From Eledone cirrhosa (lineage: Eukaryota): a stretch of 64,000 nucleotides of DNA. The position numbers were made by a program, and so were the translations under genes. Location: NCBI GenBank assembly GCA_964016885.1, contig OZ024743.1:349618001-349682000 (forward strand), read 5' to 3'. Positions 53,200 to 64,000 of the stretch are shown here, piece by piece; position 1 is the first letter of the stretch, and each line of letters starts with the position of its first letter. Under the pieces are notes generated by a model, which was not told the DNA's origin, ran no database searches, and saw nothing but the letters and a program-made list of their open reading frames with translations.

Positions 53200-53740
53200 T
53201 CGTTCAAGTATCTGGTGGCCAAGTTCACGAGCCTGAATTAAGTGCAAGAATTGCAGGAGTTGGTGCAGTAATACATCAGCATTAGCATTCAGTAATCAGT
53301 AGAAGTGTGGTAAGTGTAAAAGCCAAACTCGCTTTCTTCAATTCGATGTTCGTATGTTCATGAATCTTGGGCAGTGACACGAAAAATAAGATTGCGAATA
53401 CAAACGGTCGAAATGAGGTTCTTCCGAAGGGTAATTGGGTGCAATGTTACTCAATAGAGTTCGTAGTTCGGAGATCAGAGAGCCACACATGTAGAGCCGC
53501 TACTAATCCAAATTGAGGGATCACTATGGATATGTGGTTGGAATGACCCAGGAAAGATTCGCTGGACAGATTTTACGGACAAAACCAACCCGCAAGGAAT
53601 CCAGGGTTAGACCACGAGCCAGATTGTTGGTTAACAGCGATAAGCTCGTCTAGTCTCGTTTGGGAGATACAGTCAGGTCAATTGGAGACAGTTGGTTTTG
53701 ACAGGAAGGTGTACTTCAGGACCTTACACTCAGGAACATG
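53200..53740 (+). pseudogene. RTE-clade LINE C-terminal fragment
   Basis: HESWAVTRKIRLRIQTVEMRFFRRVIG...RVRSSEIRE...VEPLLIQIE. Confidence 0.7.
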
Positions 53741-53911
53741 CTAGGAGTAAGTGTCTATATTAAGGTGAGATACATGGCAATGTGTAGCTCTATATAATTT
53801 TTAGGCTAGATAGATAAGCTCAAGCAGGGCTAATCTGAGTCAAACAACATAAATGGTGTGCGAATTAATATGCAATGTCTTTATTCATTTTTATTATATT
53901 ATCCTACGCAA

Positions 53912-54322
53912 GGGCGGTGGATTGGCAGTATCGGTAGAGGGTCAGACGCCATGCTTTTCTGCATAGAGTTACGGCCCTTTCCATTCTGAGTTCAAATCCC
54001 GCCGTGGTTAACTTTGCCTTTCATCCTTACGGGGTCGATAAAATAAAGTACCAGTCACGGACTGGGGCAATTTAATCGACTTACCCCTCCCCCAAAATTT
54101 CTGGCCTTGTACCTATATAAAATATTATATTATCCTGGTTTGGCAGTATCGGTAGAGGGTCGGACAAGATGCTTTGTAGCACAGAGTTACGCCCCTTTCT
54201 GATCTGAGTTCAAATCCTGCCGAGGTTAACTTTGCCTTTCATCCTTACGGGGTCGATAAAATAAAGTACCAGTAATGTACTGTTAATTGCTGGCCTTGTG
54301 CCTAAAGTAGAAACAATTATAT
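53912..54322 (+). mobile_element. Two tandem SINEs
   Basis: Copies at 53912-54118 and 54140-54322. Confidence 0.88.
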
Positions 54323-54939
54323 TATCCTACTCATAAATATTTGAATAGTTCTAAGGTAAATAACTCTTTTCTAAAAATCTTTATAAGTTATCTCCCTTGT
54401 GCTATACGTTCTAAGCTGTAAATTATCGCAACGAGAAAATTGCCATTGCGCCATCGTTCCTCGCGTGCAACCATATGTTACGGTCATCTAACATGTTATA
54501 CATCCTCAAATACTTGCGATGCATACTTTTGGAAAATTATCCAAATACATAATATTTCATGAACAAATATCCTATAATTGATAAAAATCGTATGGTTCTC
54601 TCTCTTTCTCTTTCTCTTTATCCATCAATCTGTATTTAAGCTAACTGTAGTAGAGAATGGTAATTTTACATCTTCCGTCAAGTGTTGAAAAGATGATGAG
54701 TGAAGAAACTGCTGCAATCTATGACTAACTAAATACGTATTTATCTTCAAACAATAAATACATCTATCTATCTATGTATCTATATATTTATCAATTTATC
54801 TATCAATTTATCTTTCTATATACCTACCTACCTACCTACCTACCTACCTACCGACCTACCTACCTATACCTACCTACCTATACCTACTTACCCACCTACC
54901 TACCTATCTATCTATCTATTTATCTATCCATTTAATAAA

Positions 54940-55235
54940 AGGTGGATGAATGTGGCAAAGATGGCCCGAGTGGTTGATCCTTCTCTCTATATAAGCCTGT
55001 AGGTTGAGGAAAAAGAGGAAGAGAGGAAGGGAGTACTCACTCTTGGTGCTCCTGGAGATGAGGGTTGTACATTTTTTCGGGGTGTGTACAACCCCTGTGT
55101 AACGCCTCCCCCCTATAGGGGATTTCAATTGTTATTTGTTATTTTATTAATAGTTTTATTTTCATATACCTGTATGTAAACTCCCCATTCGTATTTGTTC
55201 CCTTCTTTTGTGCCCTGTGGCTAATAAAAAAATGT
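54940..55235 (+). mobile_element. Short 3' fragment of the Tx1-type LINE
   Basis: Similar to 57553-57845 (tataagcctgtaggttgaggaa...aataaa); flanked by (TATC)n. Confidence 0.7.
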
Positions 55236-55260
55236 ATCTATTTATCTATCCATCTATCTA

Positions 55261-55338
<78 letters not shown>

Positions 55339-55354
55339 ACTATATACATATCTA

Positions 55355-57845
55355 TCAAAGGAACTGATAGCTAAAGTAGAAGAGGCACTTAGGAATGGCA
55401 GTACAGCTGACATACTAGCAGCGAGAACGGCACTAGACCAGTTCTTCAACGTGAAACACGAAGGTTGTATTATCAGAAGCAGAACACGTGCTCTAAGAAA
55501 CGAAAGAGCCAAAGCTGTTAGCTGGGCCCGAGTGGCAGAGGCGAAAAGTGGCAGCAAATACACATTCTACTTGAATCCAAGCAGATGTATACGGCGTTCC
55601 AGCAGCATTTTGCACAACTGATCGGGCAAACCGGTACGTCGAGCGAGGTGATGGACTTCCACGAGTCTCGGCCTACCACGAGTCTCGAGCACGGATACGG
55701 ACAGCTGCGAAAGGCCGATCACAACGGGCGAAATAGAATATGCTCTAGGCCGCTGTGGGAAACGCAAATCACCCGGTTTAGATGGTCTACCCTATGAGTT
55801 TTACATAGGCATGTCAGACTTGTTCTCTGGCGTCCTCGAAGTGGGCTACTGCAACTAGCAGCAGAACGGCAGGATTCCCAGTTCTATAGGCAGAGGCGTA
55901 GTAACGCTGATCAGGAAAGATGAGAACAGTGTGGTGAGATAAGCAATTTCAAGCCCATAACTCTGCTCAACAGAGTTAAAGATTTCGGTCAAGGTGTTAC
56001 CAACGAGGCTGGCTCTTGTCGTCGAGAACCTGGTAGGGGAACCGCAATGTTTGCAATCCCGACCATGTCCATACACGACAACCTCCACCTCATCCGATAC
56101 ATCATAGAGAGGGTAGAGTGTAAACCTGGCTTTGGTGGGGCTCTGATCAATTTAGATCAGTCTAAGGCATTAGATAGTGTCGACCATCAATACTTGGAAG
56201 CGGTTCTCAAAGCGGCCGGCTTCGGTCCCGTCCTCAGAGGTTGGATCACTGCCATGCACACCAGCATATGCTCGGCAGTCAAGGTGAATGGCTACCTATC
56301 GGAGCCATTCCAAATCATGCGTTCCATCCGTCAGGGATGCCCTCTCTCCTCCATTCTGTATGTACTGACTCTCGAGCCATTACTGCCGAAGTTGGAGCTG
56401 TTGCAGAGCATCTCAATCGAACCAGGGCTGCGGAAAGCAGTATCGGCCTATGCCGACGACGTAACCGTAATAGTGTCGAAAACCTCGGAAATCAGGGTAA
56501 TCGGCAACCTATTACGGGAAGTGGGCTGAGTGCAAACTCTCATTGAAAGGTCGAGCGGAGGTGGCGAACACTTACATAGTGTCCGTTATCTACTATCGCT
56601 TGATAGTTGTGCCTTGTCCCCGCGAATACCTCACCAAAATGGAACGCCTACTCTTCAAGTTCCTCTGGAAGAAACAGGCTCCATTGGTGCGGAGATCCAT
56701 CTGCTATCAACACCCTTCTACCGGAGGGCTGGTCATAGCGTGGCTGATGACGCACAAACACGCGCTGAGGCTACGCCATCTCCAGGTGTTCCTGACCGGC
56801 GAACCGGTGTGGTTGTCGTTTGTGAGACGAGCTCTTCCACAACTCGTCTCAGTAACAGAGCTGCAGTCCTGGGTCAAGCGAAGACCGAAAATTGGCGCCT
56901 AGCATCTCGAGAGCCTTCAGGCGCCCACAGCCTTCTACCAAGCGGAAACGGCAATCAGTGCAGACTCAATTTCGACATTCTATAGGAAATTAAATGAGGA
57001 TAAGTGCGACGACGTTCTCGAGGAAACTCTAGGCATCGAGGAGGACGAACTGACCAGTCTGTTCGGGAGGACTTTCCATCCAGGGTATGGATAAATTCCA
57101 GAGGTATCTGGCCTGGCAGTGCTACCGAGGAGCTCTACCAGTTCGAGACAAAATCTACAGGCACTGACGCCCTGGCAGAGATCTTGCCAAAAGAACATGT
57201 CCAAGATGCGAGCAGGACAACGAAACCGTTCTGCACGCAATTGTTCAGTGCCCAGGGGTGACCGACCTGTGGAATTAAGTCGAACAGTTACTGTCACGTG
57301 TTGGACGCATCCAGTTGTCAGCCGAATCCATCGTGAGTATAACCCCGCCGCCTTCATTTAAGAATGAAGGAGAGGCGGTTTTCCTCTATCTGGTGGCTAT
57401 GGCGAAAGAGGTAATATTGTGGACGATGTTAAAAGGACTGAGGGCAAACACCTTTCTCTCCGGATAACAACTCATTGCCTTCTTTAAGTACCACTTCAGA
57501 AGGAAGGTGAGAGTTGAGAGAGAGGTGCTACACCCCTGTAAATTCGCTGAAAGGTGGGTGAATGTGGTAAAAATGGGCCTTCTCTGTATATAAGCCTGTA
57601 GGTTGAGGAAGGCAAGCAGAGGGAAGACGGGAACACCTACAAAACGTGCTCCTGATGTTGTTCTATCCACCGGGTGTAAAACAACCCCGCAATAACGTTC
57701 CCCCCTATTGGGGGATATCGATTGCTGTATTTCTATTTTATATAGTTTATTGTCATCTATTATTGTTAAAGATGTTATGTATAACTCCCGCGACACGTCT
57801 TGTAATGTTCCACTTTTGTACGCCCTTATGGCAAATAAAGAATTA
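55355..57845 (+). mobile_element. Tx1/L1-type LINE, 5'-truncated, decayed RT
   Basis: LDQSKALDSVDH, SIRQGCPLS, AYADDVTV, LFKFLW, GGL; polyA signal at the 3' end; embedded in (TATC)n. Confidence 0.85.
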
Positions 57846-58259
57846 TATCTATCTATCTATTTATCTATCTATCTCGATTTATCATCTCCATCCCACTCTC
57901 CGTCTTTCTATCTACCTACTTCTCTACCTCTCTATATATCTATTTTTAACACTCTGTCTATTTGTCTGCCTGCAGCCAATTTATAGTTATATATTTATAC
58001 CATAACGGCGCCTCTACGATTCCACCAGGAGATACAGTTCATACATATAAATGCATACATAACGTGATCAGTCGCATATTTTGGTGTGGGAGACTAGTCA
58101 TTAAATTTAAGATGAATACTATCTCCGACAGTAATGCCACAACTACCAGTCAAGCTGAATAACTGGATATTCTTCTAACTATATCTACTGAAGACACCTT
58201 TTATTCGAATTCGTAGAGTTATCCGACTAAATACATATTCATTTTACAAAGATTTGCTA

Positions 58260-59500
58260 CAAACAGCATGGCTGAACACAACATCAACAACAACAACATC
58301 AGTGGAATACCGGAGAAAAACTAGAGAGATAAACAAAATTTATTCAGTTGTAGCTATGAAGAAACCGAAATTATAAATCGCATTTCTCTTGAAGTTGCGA
58401 ACTTAATGATAATTTATTTAATTGTTATAAAATGGCAAAAAACAATCCCTCCATTGGCTATATGAAGAGAATGAGGCTACACTGGGACGAAATACGCTCA
58501 AAGCTAAATCACTTCACAGCGAAACAATTACGCCAACAAGCGACGTTTGTTGAAATAAATATTATTAATTGTAAGTCCTCCACAACAAACATGGAATCAA
58601 CAACACGTGCTAGAAGTCGCCATGCTACTAGACTTCCTAGTAGCCAGGTCGAACAGTGCCTTGAAACAACTACGCCTGTAAGAAATTTGACACCACGTGT
58701 ACCATCTAAGTCTACCTCGAATGCTAAGGAAAACACTATCGATAATAATAATAATCGAAAAAATTTGACACCACGTGTACCATTCGAGACTACCTCGACT
58801 ATTGTGGAAAATACTATCGATAATGATCAAAATCAAAGTATAAACAATTGAAAATTTCCCTCAACAAAATCTTCCAGAGAGAAATTAATTCATGTATGAA
58901 CATTTCTCTTGCTGAACGTTTTAAAACAACAATATTTAATAAAAATCCAAATAATGAAATAATACGTGTTATTAACGAACTTGGGGATGAATATTTACGA
59001 CGGATAAAAACCTCATTTTGGCAAATCAATGCCTGTTTATAAGCTTTAGCAACGACAAGATAATCTTGGTGATAGCAGAGATATTAACAAGAACAAAACA
59101 CCACCAAAAATACCATCATATATAACTAAAATAGAAAAAAAGATTGCTGACCTACGAAAAACCATAGGATATGTGACAATGCTCCTTACATGCAAACAAA
59201 CACACAAAAACTTCACTCCTCACCAACAAAGAGTGAAAAATAAAATAGAGACGATGTTTGGTAACAGTAGAACCGGAACTCTTCAATATAAGCTGATCAC
59301 CCTCAAACAAGAATTGAGAGCTGTTAGCGAAAAACGCCGATACCTGAAGAAGGTAGATGAGAGAAAAGTGCTTAATAAAAGATTCAGACGAAATCAAACA
59401 TCAGTCTATAGAGATATGAAGGGCAAAATAATAAGTGGCACTGAGGCCCCATCCCAGAAAGACATAGATTCCTTTTGGAGAAAAATATGGGGTGAATTTC
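58260..59500 (+). pseudogene. R4/Dong-type non-LTR element N-terminal region
   Basis: GYMKRMRLHWDE...KQLRQQA and LNKRFRRNQTSVYRDM...P...FWRKIW; truncated by the HHR repeat. Confidence 0.7.
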
Positions 59501-60230
59501 CAGAAGAGCACAGGAATGGTGGCTTTCACTTATTAATTCTTGCGAAACAGATTTTACATCTGTCAGGGTATCAAAAGCAGTTGCCCGATATAGGTTTGTT
59601 ATTTTTATTGATTTATTACTTTAAATCGAGACAGGCAAACCATATTGTTTTAAATTAGTATATTTTCAACCTAGTTAACTTGGTCATTTGCAATTCGAAC
59701 ACATGTATACTTGTATCGGTGGTCATCCCTCTCATATATTCAATTACATTACATGGCTCGGAAAGATTCCCTTCCTTGAGCTATTTAATTGTAAAAGACT
59801 ATTTTGAGTTTCTAACCCAATCTATGGTATTCTCGGCTCCATGCGTAGAGCTAACTTTAGTATCATAAAACCGGCTGCTATTTTTAGCGGCACGAGTATG
59901 AGACGCGCTAGGCGCTGTAACATGTGCGTTTACCAACACATAGTTCAGCCTTCTTAGATCTTTTGAAGTGAAAGATATGAATTTCCTTGATACCCGCAGA
60001 AGAGCACAGGAATGGTGGCTTTCACTTAATAATTCCTGCGAAACAGATTTTAGATTTGTCCGGGTATCAAAGGTCCGATATAGGTTTGTTATTTTTATTG
60101 ATTTATTACTTTAAATTGAGACAGGCAAACCATATTGTTTTAAATTACTATTTTTTCAACTTAGCTAACTTGGTCATTTGTAATTCGAACACATGTATAC
60201 TTGTATCGGTGTTCATCCCTCTCATATATT
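59501..60230 (+). mobile_element. Retrozyme-like tandem 1.5-mer of a 496-bp HHR-bearing unit
   Basis: Direct repeat 59501-59740 / 59997-60230; HHR core in both copies. Confidence 0.75.
59987..60070 (+). ncRNA. Hammerhead ribozyme, CAGAAGA core variant
   Basis: ttgatacccg CAGAAGA gcacaggaat...attcctgc GAAA cagat-tttag-atttg TC cgggtatcaa; 10-bp stem I. Confidence 0.8.
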
Positions 60231-60326
60231 TATATCAGGTTCGATCATCACATCGATCGTGCCTCGAGCTAGTCGCCAGAGAAACGATGGTAATGAGTCC
60301 AATAAAGTCCATTCGTCGCACCACTG

Positions 60327-60393
60327 ATTCTCTTTTTTTCTGTGGTATCATATACACTGCTCTATGAGAGCATCGAGTGCTCAAACGGCCTAC

Positions 60394-60460
<67 letters not shown>

Positions 60461-60557
60461 GTTGTTGGATGCTTAAAGCGTCCGTATGCGGTAGGCCGTT
60501 TGAGCACTCGATGCTCTCATAGAGCAGTGTGTATGATACCACAGAAAAAAAGAGAAT
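60327..60557. repeat. Inverted repeat around (TA)n
   Basis: 60327-60399 vs 60485-60557. Confidence 0.9.
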
Positions 60558-61500
60558 TTTAATTATAAATGCAAATAAATTAATCTATGAAAACACAAAG
60601 TCCCAGATGATCAGACCAGTTGGCCTGGCCTTTTTTTTTTCAGTATTTTAGCCGGCATATTTCAGCCTGATACATTAACTCCGTTTTGTTCATTATTGTT
60701 TTGGAATATTCATTGAAAGAATCATTTAAAATGTCTGATAGAAATCCTGGAATTACTATAAAACCTGATTAATGATTTGACCAGTTAAGGATTTTACTTG
60801 ATAATCCTCATTGATTCCATCTGTTACAATTTCTATTTTGCTAGCTTTAAGATTTGAACCAATTATATTTGCTGCATGTTCAACACAATTTCATAATTTT
60901 TTTAGCTAACTGCAGTTATGCATTGATCAGTGCGATGTCATCAGCATAGACCAAATCCTTTAGTCATCTCTCTTGATAACGGCCCACCCCTTTTGGGTTT
61001 TATAGTAATTCCAGGATTTCTATCAGACATTTTAAATGATTCTTTCAATGAATATTCCAAAACAATAATGAACAAAACGGAGTTAATGTATCAGGCTGAA
61101 ATATGCCGGCTAAAATACTGAAAAAAAAAGGTCAGGCCAACTGGTCTGATCATCTGGGACTTTGTGTTTTCATAGATTAATTTATTAGCATTTATAATTA
61201 AAATTGGTACGCCAAATGCTTCAATAAATTGAAGTATTCTTTCCTTATGTATAGAATCAAATGCCTTTGAAAAATCAATAAATAATAATGCTAATGACAA
61301 TTTTTTTATTTTTTTCAAACTTTCAATGATTATCATCAGTGCTAAAATATTTGATATAGTGTAGCATGATTTTCGAAAACCACATTGAGTCCAGCTCAAT
61401 AATAGATCTAGAAATGATTTAGAAATGTTGATTTAGACACATTTTATTATATAATTTTGATGCAATAGAGTTTAAACAAATATCCTATGTTGTGAAACCA
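60555..61500 (-). pseudogene. RTE-like RT fragment with inverted duplication
   Basis: QCGFRK...LFIDFSKAFDSIH...GVP; 60555-60765 is an inverted copy of 60996-61205. Confidence 0.75.
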
Positions 61501-61914
61501 AGGAATATGTTTAATGACACTCTTTTGCTATGGTGTTAGCTTATTGCCTTTTTCTAGTCAAAATGGTATATTAAATCGTGCGAAATCAGTTTGCTGATTT
61601 GCGAGATGATGAGGGTGAAGATGTGTGTGAACTTGTCTTGGAGATCGCCTCTCAGTATTTGCTTTTTCCAGTCACTTATATGCGCCAACACAGTTCCTCT
61701 TGTCCTCCTCCTTTCTCAATCTTTTCTATCTTGCATCTTCATGTCACCTCCCTCGTGAATTGTCTCTTTTTCGGCAGCTGGCAGCTCGTCAGTGTCCTCT
61801 GAGGCATTTTTGCCCATTGCCATGATTGACTACGTTTTAACAGCGGCTCTAGAAAACAGCAAAGAACCTTATATAAGTGAATAGTTAGGATTCGAATGAT
61901 TTATTCGTGTGTAT

Positions 61915-62880
61915 ATTAGACGTGCCTTCAGTTATCTCATTCAAAATACGCTTTTTTTTCATTGATCGTAGCAGTATCAGAAGTCATTTCATGCGACTGT
62001 CCTTAGCACGTCGATACAATGTTTTCCCCACCGTTCAACGTTGGCGTTTCCTTAGGAAAGAGATAGAAATCACACGGAGCTGGATCTGGGCTGTATAGAA
62101 CTTCTCTACTTGAAAGTGTTATGTGAGCAGGCGCGTTATAGTGGTATAGTGCTCAATCTCCTGCAATGTACTTTCAGACTCACTGAACGCGCCTTCGAAG
62201 TAGTTCCAAGACATCTTTTCAGAAGTTGGGATTAACTGCCTATCCTGAGGGTAAACATACTTTTTGAATGATACCACGGCTATCGAAAAAACATGATAAT
62301 CATCATTTTCACCCCGGATCTGATCATGCATGATTTCTTCGGACGAAGAGAATTTTTCGTGTGCCACTGCTCATTTTGTCGTTTTTACTCAGGATCATAC
62401 ATTTCCTGTTATTACTTTATCCAAGAAATTTGACTCAATTTCGAGGCTTTCTAGCAAATCCTGAAAATGTTTCAACTGGTTCGCGTTCTGCTGCACAGAC
62501 ATGTGTTTGGGCTCCAGTTTTGCTCAAATGTTTCGCATGGGTAAATAGTCTAGTAAAACTCTGTGAACTATATTTTATCCAACTCCGTTTCTTCTACAAT
62601 CATTCTAAAACTTTATGGTGATCTTTCGCTATCACCGCTCGCACCAGTTTCCCATTTTGTTAATTTGTTGACGAGATTGTCCTTCCAGAGAGAGGTTAGT
62701 TTTCAACATTTTCTCCACCCTCTTTGAAAGTTTTGTACCACTTAAAACAATCTTACATCTCAATAGATTGGCATTTCCATAAGCTACTGTCAAAGAACTA
62801 AATGTTTCGGTGGTAGATTTGTTGAGTTTTACACAAACTTTAATCACAAACATAGCAGACGTTACAGGCATGTCTGTTTA
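61915..62880 (-). pseudogene. Mariner transposase relic
   Basis: IKVCVKLNKSTTETF..LTVAYG (HTH) and YSPDPAPCDFYLFP (mariner YSPDLAP motif). Confidence 0.8.
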
Positions 62881-63049
62881 CAGCAAAAATTCACCTCTGA
62901 CGCAATTGATCATGTTGAAACAAGTATGTACGTGCAGCCATGGTCATAACCAACACACATATGTACACCAACAGGGTGGTGAGTTACAATATCGTACACA
63001 GGAAAATCGGAACCCTTACTTATCGGGAAAAAATCTCGTATATACATAT

Positions 63050-63173
<124 letters not shown>

Positions 63174-63179
63174 CAAAGA

Positions 63180-64000
63180 GATATTTAATTCTTTGGTTAT
63201 TGAACAAATTTATTTATAACATATTCGAAGCACTCTACAGTTTTTTTTAGTATAATATCAATGAAATTAATAAATGCAAACTATATTTATAAAACCATAT
63301 TTATTTTATTATATATATTTCAAGGGTACTAATTTTGGTACGCACTCATCAGATAAAATACAAAATTTGTTTTATAAATTGTGACATACCCAAGAAACCT
63401 GACTTTATCGGTTTAGGTTCAGTTGGGACATTAAATTAAAACATAAGAAAATAGTTATACAAATAGATATTGCTAATTACTACTCCTCAATTACCCCTAA
63501 CTTACTTAATAAGTCACTTGTTTATGCTTCAAAATATACGGAATTATCATTTTAATCGCACGCAATACCCTAATTGAATTTAATAACTATCTCTGGACAA
63601 GGGCTGACATACAGAACAATTTGGACATCAAAATGGGATCATCTGACTCAGCTCAAGTAACAGATCTCGTTGGAATATTTATTCTTAATGTACTACATAG
63701 AAAAATACCAGAGATGGCCGGAGGTTTATATCGCGACGATATGTTACTTATAGTCGAACACCATAGTAATAGTGAAGTTAATAGGAAAAAGAAATCTACC
63801 ATAGAATTTTTCAATAATTACAACTTTAAATTAGAAATTGAGAATAATAATAAAACTGTTTACTTCTTAGATGTAACTTTAAACCTTAGCTCAGTTCTGT
63901 ATCACCCTTTCCATAAGATTAATGAAAACCTAAACTACGCAAGCTTCCATTCTAACCATCCTAGAAATGTAAAAAATACTATTGTCAATAGTGTCCAGCA
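63180..64000 (+). mobile_element. Naiad-type PLE (inverted pLTR, then RT), continuing beyond the window
   Basis: From 63633: MGSSDSAQVTDLVGIFIL...GGLYRDD...FLDVTLNL...SNHP; related to 31465-32055. Confidence 0.85.
63302..63360 (-). ncRNA. Hammerhead ribozyme in inverted pLTR
   Basis: tattttat CTGATGA gtgcgtac-caaaatta-gtaccctt GAAA tatata TA ataaaata; 8-bp stem I. Confidence 0.8.

Noticed and set aside
58183-58222. tcta CTGAAGA ... GAAT tcg taga upstream of the R4 fragment
   Set aside because: No stem II and no valid GAAA/UH.
59173-60367. Duplicated ORF segment EEHRNGGFHL... as a protein repeat
   Set aside because: It is read-through into the non-coding HHR tandem repeat.

Overview
This is AT-rich, microsatellite-saturated animal DNA. 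The SINE family and the (TA)n/(TG)n load suggest an octopus or other cephalopod (inference). I find no supportable host protein-coding gene, and most ORF-track entries are microsatellite artefacts. The window is a mosaic of mobile elements: Penelope-like elements (PLEs; Naiad-type RT with YRDD plus GIY-YIG, and a second PLE clade), a near full-length decayed Helitron, Tx1/L1, R4/Dong, RTE and CRE LINE relics, Chapaev3-like and mariner transposase relics, and about 18 copies of one tRNA-derived SINE. The main signal the ORF track misses is RNA-level. By manual reading I find about 25 type I hammerhead ribozyme (HHR) motifs, about 17 of them with an intact CUGANGA...GAAA...UH core and pairable stems, spread over many unrelated sequence families. 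They sit in PLE pseudo-LTRs, in fold-back palindromes whose axis is the ribozyme's own stem II, and in ~400-700 nt terminally redundant units that resemble retrozymes or circular-RNA-type non-autonomous PLEs. Several share unusual core variants (U10.1-U11.1, U4A) or long stem II insertions. All structures were read by eye; none was tested computationally or biochemically. Element boundaries are approximate.
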